Shown here: positions 1 through 10,482 of the stretch, in pieces | Layout: the number at the start of each line of letters is the position of its first letter | How positions within the stretch are numbered: position 1 is the first letter of the stretch | The notes under the pieces: model-generated | What the model was told of the DNA's origin: nothing | What the model saw: the letters and a program-made list of their open reading frames with translations, nothing else | Database searches by the model: none | Program-made: the position numbers and the translations under genes | Origin: Lama guanicoe | Taxonomy: Eukaryota | Direction of reading: 5' to 3' | NCBI GenBank assembly: GCA_013239625.1 | Contig: MU053652.1 | Location: 8,145,027-8,209,026, forward strand | DNA length: 64,000 nt

Positions 1-16
1 TAATATTATTTTTAAG

Positions 17-187
17 TGTTCAGCTCCAAAGATGTGGAGAAGATTTGATGGCAAAATAATTGAGATGGATACACAGTTCACCATCAGAGCCAGAGAGCTG
101 CAAAGCATCTATGAATGCATTATGCTGAAAAACATCTCTCAAGATGAGAGGCTGGATGTACTCTTGACGCTTAAACATACTGTAAAG
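17..187 (+). CDS. IQUB: IQUB coding exon (internal, 57 codons: [13 protein letters not shown]...LLTLKHTVK)
   Basis: Acceptor tttaag|TGT at 16/17, donor AAG|gtatgt at 187/188, 171 nt, phase 0/0. Translation matches mammalian IQUB as recalled ([39 protein letters not shown]). Confidence 0.95.
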
Positions 188-657
188 GTATGTCAACTTT
201 CTGTTAGTTTGGGGGTATCATACCACTGTCAATAAAAAAAATTGAATACTAAAATAAGATGTTTTGTATTAAGTAATTATAAAGATATTAATAAATGTTT
301 ATATGTATGAATTTTATTTTGTCAACAACTATATTGTTTGGGTATAACTTGGGGAGATATGATTTATGCATTAATATTTATCTAAAAGTTTTCAAACTAT
401 GTATTATGACACACAAATATAGCACAATGAAAATTCCCCGTGTAAATATATCCTCAGCTTTGCAATGAATGCAGATGTATATATAGCATAAAATTAATGC
501 TCAACTCAGTTCAGTACAATAGCAATTACTGTCTATATATTTTGACAAAATTTTATTTTTAGTAATTTTAAAGCAGCATTAGTGTAAGTATTTTTATCCC
601 TTTTCCCTCATCGTTAGTTAATTTAAGATGCATTAAGTAGTTGAGTAAATGGTTCTT

Positions 658-810
658 ATTGGAAGGTAAGTCAGTCTCCATAGGTCTCTCACATTTCTGC
701 CCGTCTTGAGAGCAGAGACATGGACTTAATTAAGCATTGACGACCTTTGCTCTGGACTGCCTTTTCAAGGATGTTTGTCTAGTGACTATGCCTTTGAAGA
801 CAGTCATAGT
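658..810 (+). mobile_element. ERVL LTR fragment (LTR40-like), 5' part
   Basis: ctccataggtctctcacatttctgcccgtcttgagagcagag...ttttcaaggatgtttgt...ttgaagac is homologous to the copy at 18327-18720. Family name from recalled consensus. Confidence 0.55.
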
Positions 811-1014
811 TAAGAAGAGAGGGAGAAGCAGAAGTTCCAGAGGTAGGAAATAAGAGTATCTGCAGATGTCAGTAAAAAGAACAGATTGGAAAGAGAGTGC
901 AGGACCATTAGCTGGTTAATGAAAAAAGCCAGAGGATGGACTCAAAAAAGACAAGTTGTGCATTGCTTAATACGCTAATATATACACCTATGCATTTATT
1001 TAACAATATTTTGA

Positions 1015-1135
1015 TGGAAGTTAAGGCCTTTGAGCATAACTTGAATTCCGGCTCTACTCATTATGGCTGCACAGCCTTAGATAAGTTATTTAATAGTTCT
1101 GAAAACCAGTTTTATCATTTGTAAAATTAGTTGCT
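1015..1135 (+). mobile_element. MIR SINE fragment
   Basis: ttgaattccggctctactcatta...gccttagataagttatttaat...cagttttatcatttgtaaaat fits the MIR core. Confidence 0.6.
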
Positions 1136-1287
1136 GAGGACATAAAGATATGTATATATAAATATATGTGTATATGCACACATATGTATATATGAATATA
1201 AATAAAAATATAATTTATATGTCTCAATGTTTATAAATAGGGAGTCCTCAATAAATAATGGGTCATATTTTTATGACAATTATTAAT

Positions 1288-1530
1288 ACCAGTGAATCTT
1301 AAACTCGAGTATACACTAGAATCATCTGGAGAGCTTGAAAGAGAGAGAGACACAGAGAAACAGGATGGGAGAAAGGGAGAGAATATGAGGCTAAAAAATG
1401 AATAAGAGTGGTATCTAAGTCCCCATTTCTGAGCAGCTAAATTAGAATCTCAAGTGTGAGGGCAGTATTAAAATCTTTTAAAATCTCCTCAGGTCATTCT
1501 AATGTGCCTTCAGGGTCAAAAACCACTGAT
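1288..1530. mobile_element. hAT-Charlie MITE (MER5-like)
   Basis: Ends cagtgaatcttaaact ... gggtcaaaaaccactg are imperfect inverted termini. Internal tagaatcatctggagagctt and caggtcattctaatgtgc are typical of the family. Confidence 0.55.
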
Positions 1531-1769
1531 GTAGACTCTTGTATTAGCTATGTCAAGTGTGTATTACAAAGAACAGAAGAGCACTATTTTACAGTTACTG
1601 ACTTTCCCTTCTGACTTCTTTATTCAAATGATGTTTCTTGTAGTCCCTTCTTGAGCAGTTGGAACAGCTTCCATTTTATTACTTTTAAATCCTCTACTTT
1701 AATGACTTCAGCTCTTATCTGGGCTTTCTTATTCAACCGCATTGATTTCTATTACTTTATTACAAACTA

Positions 1770-2390
1770 TTGTGAATTATATAAAAATGCAGAAAAAACA
1801 TATAAAATTTATATGTACAGTCTAGCAAATATAAAATCACCAACCATGTGACCACCCTCTGATTAAAAACAGAACATTGCCAACGTCCTCCTTTTTCTCT
1901 TCATATTCATAATTCACTCTCTTGTCCCCTAAAAGTGACCACCATACTGGCTCTCATGGTCATCATTTCCTTGATTTTTCTTCATAGTTTTACCATCTCT
2001 GTATACATTTCTAAATAATATAGTATTGTGTTGCTTATTTTTAGATCTTATTTAAATGGAATGATACTGTATTTTTTTTGTGCCTTGATTTGCTCAACAT
2101 TAATTTGTAAGATTTAAGCCTATTATTGTATATAGCTGTAGTTCATTCATTTCCATATATTAGATAATATACTATTATATGAATAAGTTATCACTTATTT
2201 ATGTAATCAGTTTATTTATGGATATTTGGTTGTTTCTGATTTCGAGCTTCTGTGAACAATGACTGCATGCACATTTCTCCAAAGCACTCAAGAGTAGAAT
2301 TGCTGGATTGTAGCTTATGCATATCTTAAACTCTACTAGATAATGTCAAATTTTTTTCCAAATTGGTTGTACCAATTTATACTTCTATTG
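1770..2390 (-). mobile_element. Old L1 (L1ME/L1MC-type) 3' end
   Basis: Antisense L1 3'UTR/ORF2-end motifs (agtagaattgctggattgtag...ccaaattggttgtaccaatttatact). Confidence 0.65.
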
Positions 2391-2487
2391 TTAGTGTTTC
2401 ATTACTTTTGGAATTTTCAGTTTGGGTGATAATTTCAACTTAGTGATATTTAAAATTCTATACTGACTATGTTTGTGTTTTGGACAG

Positions 2488-2664
2488 GAACATGCATGTA
2501 AACTGACTCAGGAAATTCTAGAATTGATTGACAGGGAGGTTGACCTTATGATGAGAGGAGTCAAACATCATAACCTTGAAGGACTCAGGAAAAGGATTGC
2601 AACACTCTTCTTTCACTACATCAGAACACCTTTGTTTAATCCAGAAGTTGCAAGACACCTTAAG
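2488..2664 (+). CDS. IQUB: IQUB coding exon (59 codons: [24 protein letters not shown]...NPEVARHLK)
   Basis: Acceptor ggacag|GAA, donor AAG|gtacca, 177 nt, phase 0/0, in frame with the previous exon. Confidence 0.95.
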
Positions 2665-3972
2665 GTACCACTCTACTTTTTTTTTCCTGTATTACTTTAT
2701 CAGAATTTTAAAATGTGCTATAGTAAGTTGAAGTATATTCAAATTTTGCTTTAATGCTTTACTAGGGGTCCACATGGAAGACCATCTTATTGGTAAGATT
2801 GCCTTTGAATGACATTTTTTATGTTGATAAATTAGTCATTTAACTTTGTCTGTCCGTGTTTCCAACCTTGAATTCTCTCCTGCTCTCTGAAGCAAATTTC
2901 CAGTTGAAAATTGTGCCGTTTCAATGCATCACAATTTCTCACACCTTCATGCTTTTGCACATACTGCAGCTTCTACCTGGAATGCTGCCCCTTCTTCAAC
3001 CAGCCAACTCTTCTTGATTTTCTAAGACACAACTCACATGTACCCTCTTTCATTAGGCCTCAGAGAGAGTTAAACTCTTCATTTCTGAGATTCTACATGT
3101 ACCTCTTTGTGTCCTTTTACACTACTTACCACATAGTTACAGTTATTACTGAACAGATCCATGTAGATACCCTGTGAGAACTTCAAATGTGACATGTATG
3201 TGAATTAAACTGCCTTTTCCACCTCTAATATGCTTAGGCTTCTGTAAGGAATTTTCTCTCTATAAAGCCAAGATAAGTGCGTTATTGCCTTCTTACTTTG
3301 CAAAACTATTTAAAATACTTTTAATAATGATTTTTGGGGGGTTTACTAAAGAACTTGAAATAGTGTTTTATTCCAATGATTATTTTTAGAGTAGTAATCT
3401 ATTTAAGAAGCTGATTTAACATCTATTTTGCTTTTTTTTAAGCATAAACAATATCAATATTTAGTAAAAGTTTTTAGAAAAATTAAAGTTGTTGAATTTT
3501 TATTCTTTCTTTTTAAAATTTAATTGTTTTGCAGGAGAATATTAAAATATAACAAAAGTTCAAGAGAAAAGTTGCCCATTGAATTATTTCTTATTTGCAT
3601 CACTGTTTTATTTTTCCAAGATACCTTTTGGTCCTCAATAGACTTAGTTTATATATACATGGAGTAGTATAATAGAATTTAATATTTTACACATTCACAT
3701 AACGTTATACCATTTGTTTGCTTTTTAAATTTACCTTTGATAAAATTCAGTCTTTCTGGTGAGTTCTGACAAATGCAGAGTCATGTAGTCAATGGCCAAC
3801 AGAGCAATTAAGATAAAAAATGATCTTATCACTTCCCCTAAATTCCCTCATCCTGCTACTTGTAATCAACCCTTCCAGTGGCTGCCTAACCCTTGACAAA
3901 CCCTGATCTGCATTTTATTTCTGTACTTAACCTAACTCAGAGTGTCATAGAAATGGAACTGTGCTCCGTGCA

Positions 3973-6160
3973 CAAGCACACCAGGTTTTATTGTACTTCG
4001 CTTTATATCACTTTGCAGATACTGTGTTTTTACTAGTTGAAGGCTGTGGCAACCATATCAAGAAAGTCTGTTTGCACCATTTTTCCAACAGCATTTGCTC
4101 ACTTCATGTCTGTGTGTCACATTTTGGTAATTCTCAGAATATTTCAAAAATTTTCATTATAATTATATTTGTTATGGTGATCTGTGATCATTGATCTTTG
4201 AAGTTACTATGGTAATTTTTCTGGGTCATCATGAACCTCACTCATATAAGATGGAGAGCTTAACTGATAAATATATATATGTTCTGACTGCTCCACCAAC
4301 CATCTCTTTCCTTCTCCTCCAGCCTCTCTATTCCCTGAGACACAACATTATTGAAATTAGGCCAATTGAAAACCGTACAACAACCTCTAAGTGTTCAAGT
4401 GAAAGCGTTGTACACCTCTCCCTTTAAGTCACAAGCTAGAAATGATTAAACTTAGTGAGGAGGTCATGTCCAAAGCTGAGCTAAGCCAAAAGTTAGGCCT
4501 CTTGCACCAGTTAGCCAACTTGTGAATGCAAAGGAAAAGTTCTTGAAGGAAATTAAAAGTGCTCCTCCAGTGAACACATGAGAGTTAAGAAAGTGAAACA
4601 GCCTTACTGTTAATATGGAGAAGGTTTGAGTTGTCTGGATAGAAGATCAAACCAGCCACAACATTCCCTTAAGTTAAGCTTGGTCCAGAGCAAGGCCCTA
4701 ACTCTCTTTAGTTTTATAAAGGCTGAGAGAGGTGAAGAAGCTGCAGAAGAGAAGTTTGAAGCTAACAGAGGTTGGCTCATGAGGTTTAGGGAAAGAAGCC
4801 GTCTCCATAATATTAAAGTGCAAGGTGTGATAGCAAGTTCTGATGTAGAAGCTGCAGCGAGTTATCCAGAAGATCCAGCCAAGATAATCAATGAAGGTGG
4901 CTACACTAAATGACAGATTTTCTGTGTAGATGAAATGACCTTGTATTGGAAGAAGAGACTTTTACAGCTAGAGAGAAGCAGTCAATGCCTGGCTTCAAAG
5001 CCTCAAAGGACAGGCTGACTCTCTTGTTTGGGGCTAATGCAGCTGGTGACTTTAAGATGAAGCCAGTGCTCATGTACTATTCTGAAAAATTCTAGGGCCC
5101 TTAAAAATTATGCCCAACCTACTCTGCCTGTGCTCTATAAATGGAACAGCAAAGTCTGCATGACAGCACATCTCTTTCCAACCGTGGCTTAGTGCATATT
5201 TTAAGCCCACTGTGGAAACCTACTTCTCAGAAAAAAAAAATTCCATTCAAATTATTACTGCTTACTGACAATGAACCTGGTCACTCAAAAGCTCTGATGG
5301 AGACATACAATGAGATGAATGTTGTTTTCATACCTGTTAACACAACATTGTTCTGCAGCCTGTGGATTAAGCAGTAATTTTGACTTTTAAGTCGTATTAT
5401 TTAAGAAATACATTTCGTGAAGAGGTATGGCCAAGATAGCAGAGTAGGAAGATCCTGAGCTCACCTCTTCCCACCAAAATTACAGCTGTTTACAGAGCAG
5501 CGATCTATGAGAACAACCTGAAGATTATCAAAAAAGATTTTCCACCACTAAAGATAATAAAGAAGGAATCACAATGAGGTGGGTAGGAGAGGCCGAGATG
5601 TAGTATAGTCAAGATCCACACCCCCGGGTAGATGACCCACAAAATGGGAGGGTGATCACAATTGCAGAGGTGCTTCCCAAAGGGTGAGGGGTCTGAACCC
5701 AGTTGGGCTCCCCAGCCCAGGAGTTCTGCATCGGGAAGACGCGTCCCCAGAATGTCTGGCTTTGAAGGCCACCAGGGCTGGCATATGGGAAAGCTGGAGG
5801 GCTGCACTGTAGGAAACAGAAACTTTGCTCTTAAAGGGTGTGCACAAAATCTCACAGCTACCCCAAACTTCAGCAACCAGCACTCTGATCAGCTGTCAGC
5901 CGTCAAGGAGAGCAAGACCCTCCGCCAGAAAAAAGGAGGCTTAAGTGAAACTTAGCATTTTTTAGCAATAAAGTATTTTAAAATTAAGATATGTACATTT
6001 TTAAAGACATAATGCTATTGCACTTTTAGCAGACTACAGAGTAGCATAAGTGTAAGTTTTATTTGCACTGGGAAACAAAAAAATTAACATGACTTGCTTT
6101 ATTGTGATATTCACTTTATTGGTGTGGAATTGAACCTGCAATATCTCCAAGGAGTGCCTG
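3973..6160 (+). mobile_element. Tigger1 (TcMar-Tigger) DNA transposon with decayed transposase, internally disrupted
   Basis: Termini CAAGCACACC...GGAGTGCCTG followed by TA. Remnant ORF 4626-4913 encodes a CENP-B-type HTH ([36 protein letters not shown]). DDE-region remnants to ~5418. Multiple stops and frameshifts. Confidence 0.92.
5419..5856 (+). mobile_element. L1 5' UTR (5' terminal ~440 bp) inserted in Tigger1
   Basis: Starts ggccaagatagcagagtaggaagatcctgagctcacc, a decayed CAAGATGGCGG YY1-type L1 start. GC-richer than the flanks. Tigger1 resumes at cacagctacccc. Confidence 0.7.
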
Positions 6161-6967
6161 TAGTCTTTTTTTTTTTTTTTATTGGTTTCCTTCATTTAAC
6201 TTACTGCATTTGATATTCACTCATTTTATTTAGTGTTTTATTAGTTTGTGTTACAAATGAATAATATTTTTATGATCTGGATGTACCAGAATATTTATAG
6301 TTGTAGGACATCGGGTTATTCAGAGCTTTGGGCTTTTGTGAATAAAGTCACTGCAAACTCTCAATTGTGAGTTTTTGTGAAATTGGTTGTTTTGGGTTGA
6401 ATATCTAGGAAGTAGGACCGTTGAGTCATGTGGTAAATGCACATTTGCCTTTATAAGAGACTGCCAGAAATTTTCCCAAGTTGCTTGTACCATGTTGCAC
6501 CCCCATCTGCAATGTATGAGAGTTCCAGGTGCTTTGCATCCTTGTCAGTACTTGGTATTGTCAGTTTTTATTTTAATTTTGGAATTCTAATAGGTGTGCT
6601 GTAGTATCCCATTATATTTTAATCTGAATTTTCCTAATGAGTAATTAAGCATCTTTTCATGCATTTTTTGGCATCCGTATATCTTTTTGGTGAAGTGTCT
6701 GGACATATCTTTTGCCACCTCCTATTTCTTCAGTTGAGTTGTTTATATTCTGATTATTGAATTTTGAAAATTCTTTGTATATTTTGCACATAAGTCCTTT
6801 GTAAGATACGTGATTTACACTTATTTTCTTAGTCTGTGGCTTGCCTTTTCATTCTCTTAACAGCATTTCTAACTGAGCAGAAGTTTTTTATTTTGATGCA
6901 GTTCAATTTATTCATTTTTAAAATGGGTCATGCTTGTTATTGCTTGTTTTGTACTTGAGAAAATTTT

Positions 6968-7935
6968 TGGAAGATTTAATATTGTTAAAATGTCCATATT
7001 ACCAAAAGTGATCTACAGATTCAGTGCAATCCCTATCAAAATTCCAATGACATTTGTCATAGAGATAGAAAAAAAAGGTCCTAAAATTTGTATGGAAACA
7101 CAAAGGACTCAAAATAGTCAAAGCAATCTTGAGAAAGAAAAACAAAGCTGGAGGCATCATACTTCCTGATTTCAAACTATATTACAAAGCTATAGTAATC
7201 AAACCTTTATAGTGTTGGCATAAAAACAGACACATGGATCAATGAAACAGAACAGAGAGCCCAGAAATAAACCCGTACTTATATGGTCAATTAATTTACA
7301 ACAAAAAAGGAGCCAAGAATACACAATGGGGAAAGGACAATCTCTTTAAACAGTGGTCTTGGAAAAACTGGACAGCCACTGGCAGAAAATGAAACTGGGC
7401 TCTTATCTCACTCCACATACAAAAATCAACTGAAAATGGATTAAGGATTTAAATGTAAGACCTGAAACTGTAAAACTGTTAGAAGAAAACACAGGGAAAA
7501 AGTTTCTTGACATTGGTCTTGGCAGCATCACCAAAAGCAAAGGCAACAAAAGCAAAAAGAGACAAATGGGATTGCCTCTACCTGAAAAGCTTCTGCACAG
7601 CAAAGGAAACAATTCAACAAAACGAAACGTGACCTGTAGGATGGGAGAAAATATTTGCAAAGCATGTATCTGATGAGTTAATATCCAAGACAACAGGTGC
7701 AACTCAATAGCAAAATAATTTTAATTCAATTTTAAAATGGTCAAAAGAATAAACATTTTCCCAAAAGAGACATACAAATGGCCTACATGTGAAAAAGCTC
7801 ATTATTACTAGCCATCAGAGAAATACAAATCAAAACCACAGTGAAATATCATGTCACCAATGTAAATTGGTACCACCATTATGGAGGTTCCTCAAAAAAT
7901 TAAAAATTGAACTATTATATAATTCAGAATTTCAC
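6968..7935 (+). mobile_element. L1 ORF2 3' region fragment (L1MA-type)
   Basis: Translation [26 protein letters not shown] is L1 ORF2p. Continues through the ORF2 C-terminal region with deletions. Confidence 0.9.
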
Positions 7936-8409
7936 ATTTTGAAAATTGATCATTGAGCCAATCCAAATTTATTGTTAAGATGAGTAAAATGAGAACAACA
8001 CTCGATTTTGTGGGCTTTTATTTACATGTGAATCTAGCTATTGCCTGTAAGAATAATTAACACAGCATAGCACTAAAGATCAAAAAATCTAAATTCTTCT
8101 TAAAAAGAAGTGCCAAAAGTGCTTGTGAGGTTTTCTTACTATTGCAACTCAAAGCCTCTACCCACTCATTTTTTTTTTCAGTCAGTTAATTTTCTAGATG
8201 ATTTTACCACATATATCTAAAAGTTGATGAATAATAGAGATTTTTAATATTTTGGAAAGGTAAATGAATACTGCTTGAAATTTAAGTTTTGTGTAGAGTA
8301 GGAAGTTAAGGGGAAAATACGACTTTAAAATTAACTGACTTTTTAGTCTCATTCTAAGATGTTAGCCCTCAGTACTTCTGTCAGTTAGCATTTGGCCTGG
8401 CTATTATAC

Positions 8410-8462
<53 letters not shown>
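8410..8462 (+). repeat. (TTTTC)n plus 39-nt poly-T tract in the acceptor of the third exon
   Basis: Uninterrupted T run 8424-8462 seen directly. Confidence 0.95.
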
Positions 8463-8465
<3 letters not shown>

Positions 8466-8471
8466 ATTTAG

Positions 8472-8720
8472 GTCCCTCAAGACCCATTGAAGTTTTATAA
8501 GAAGATTTACTTTTGCCATAGTTGCCAGCTCTATTTGCCTTCTACAGAGTTCTCTGTATCATCCACCTCACACCGCATTTACCGGTGTCGTCACTGCATT
8601 AACCTTGACAATGAGACTCGAAAGCGAGAATCATTTTTGAAGTACAAATGTTTACTTCAACGACTCTACTATTCAGAAGCTGATTATGAAGATGATTCTA
8701 AAATTGCTTTCCTGATGCAG
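8472..8720 (+). CDS. IQUB: IQUB coding exon (83 codons: [18 protein letters not shown]...[10 protein letters not shown])
   Basis: Long poly-T tract then tttag|GTC, donor CAG|gtatga, 249 nt, phase 0/0. Confidence 0.95.
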
Positions 8721-9352
8721 GTATGATCAGTAGACATGGCCAATCATGGATGAAGCTTGTCCATTGATTTTGCAGAAAAGATTTCTCCTTTCCCACCCAA
8801 ATCTTTTAAAGTAATGGTTCTTCGTTCTGTGTTTATTCTTTGTGACGCTGGCCCCTCTGGCAATTCTAAGTTTATATATGCAGACCTCCTGATAAAAAGT
8901 CATTTCAAGAGCTTTAGCTGGTCTGGTTTAAATTCTGAAAACAGTTTCCAAACAGTTATTTCCCTCTTTATTTTTTTCATTAAAACAACAAAGTTTTTTT
9001 AATAACACCAAGTGAATTGCTTATTCTTTATTAAGTCTTAATTTCCTAACTTGTAAAATGGGAAGGAAATGACCTGTGATAACCCCGAGGACAAGATGAT
9101 AGTTACTAATGAATTTTGAAAGGTACTTAATACCATGTAAATATAAAATCAAATTAGCATACTGGAAGAAGTATACACAGCTGACTCTGGGTTAAAGACG
9201 CAGTCATGACTGAGCTTGGTAACATAGTTTGGGCAGAATGAACAGAGATTTGGTGAAAAATAAGGAAGTGTGTGCACTGAAAACCTCATGAATAAGGTAT
9301 ATACTCAGTATGAATTGTTTTCTCAGTAATGCAATAATCTTGAGGAAATTTT

Positions 9353-9578
9353 TTAACATTTTTATTGATTTATAATCATTTTACAATGTTGTGTCAAACT
9401 CCAGTTTACAGCACAATTTTTCAGTTATGCATGAACATATATATATTCATTGTCACATTTTTTTCCCTGTGAGCTACCATAAGATCTTGTATATATTTCC
9501 CTGTGCTATACAGTATAATCTTGTTTATCTATTCTACGATTTTGAAATCCCAGTCTATCCCTTCCCATCCCCACCCCT
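9353..9578 (-). mobile_element. Short 5'-truncated, lineage-specific L1 3' end with 13-bp TSD
   Basis: TSD TTGAGGAAATTTT (9340-9352) / TTGAAGAAATTTT (9579-9591). Body carries L1 3'-end motifs (ttccctgtgctatacagt, tatcccttccca) shared with the L1 at 28334-29796. Confidence 0.85.
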
Positions 9579-9637
9579 TTGAAGAAATTTTACATTTAGA
9601 AGAAAACATTCTTTTTCACAAATGTCTTGACATCCAG

Positions 9638-9823
9638 CTAGAAGATATTCAGTACTTGACGGAGAACATCTGGGCATCCCAGTCGGCGCTCAGTGCCTGG
9701 AACGATCTCAACGATCTGGTCATGGTCAGATGGGATAAGTCCTTGGAATGGTCGCCCTGGAACTGCATTCTTCTTACCAAAGATGAAAGCGCTACTCATC
9801 TCAAGCTGCAGAGTATTGAAGAG
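9638..9823 (+). CDS. IQUB: IQUB coding exon (62 codons: [16 protein letters not shown]...[13 protein letters not shown]...SIEE)
   Basis: Acceptor catccag|CTA, donor GAG|gtagga, 186 nt, phase 0/0. Confidence 0.95.
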
Positions 9824-10482
9824 GTAGGAAACTTTATTTGGGAACCTAATTTGATCATTGGAATTATTAGAGATAACTTGAGTGCCGTGCATAATTTAAA
9901 TACTTCCATTGGATTAAGAAACAGAGAACCCGTGGATAACTTACATAACAAAATACCAGGGATGGTATGTATGGCAGAGATTAAAATTAAAAGGACACTA
10001 AGGCACATAAAAGGTAAAGATAAGATATCTGAAAGTCTTACAAGTACCTAACGTGATACCACGTCCTCCTAATGACAGCAAGTTCAAGCACATTAGTTCC
10101 ATAGTAAGTTCCACAAGAACAGGGATATTGTAACACCTACAACAGTGTCACAGACTAGTGATTTAATAAGTATTTGCTGAATGAATAAGTGAATATTATC
10201 ATTAGGTAGGTAATATGGAAACTAGAATCTGGCCATCTTTCATTAATCATCAAAAAAGCACACTAACTTCTCAAATAAATTGTGTTCATAATTTTGTGCC
10301 CTAACTGGCAATCATACTGATGGGGTAGGGTTCTGAGGCTCCGTTTTTCATTTGCTTCCAGCTACCTTGGAGTGGGGAAAGCACTGCAAAAATTAAATAC
10401 CATTTAATTTCAGTAACTTGCAAGATGCAATCTGTATGACATTTTGATGAACAGAATTGAGGGGCCCTTGATGCGTTCCCAG

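Larger units (their letters stand above)
3715..6960 (-). mobile_element. Old L1 (L1MB/MC-type) 3' portion, split by Tigger1 (pieces ~3715-3970 and ~6180-6960)
   Basis: Antisense L1 3' motifs on both sides of Tigger1, e.g. tcatagaaatggaa... / ...ccttcatttaac...gcaatgtatgagagttccag...agcatcttttcatg. Confidence 0.7.

Noticed and set aside
2665..2670. Exon end at 2670, because intronic GTACCA encodes VP like the next exon's first codons
   Set aside because: The GT at 2665 and the AG at 8470-8471 give the canonical junction. No GT follows 2670. The VP match is only an alignment trap.
4442..5418. Tigger1 transposase as an intact TIGD1-like gene
   Set aside because: Multiple stops and frameshifts, and the C-terminal part is deleted.
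6400..7935. Adjacent antisense and sense L1 pieces suggesting a twin-priming 5' inversion or a dsRNA hairpin
   Set aside because: The two pieces overlap by several hundred bp of L1 coordinate and look like different, strongly diverged subfamilies. No shared TSD was found, so independent insertions are more likely and pairing would be poor.
9503..10051. 182-aa ORF as a standalone gene or read-through isoform
   Set aside because: It is the 62-codon IQUB exon plus chance-open intronic flanks. Canonical splice sites bound the conserved part.
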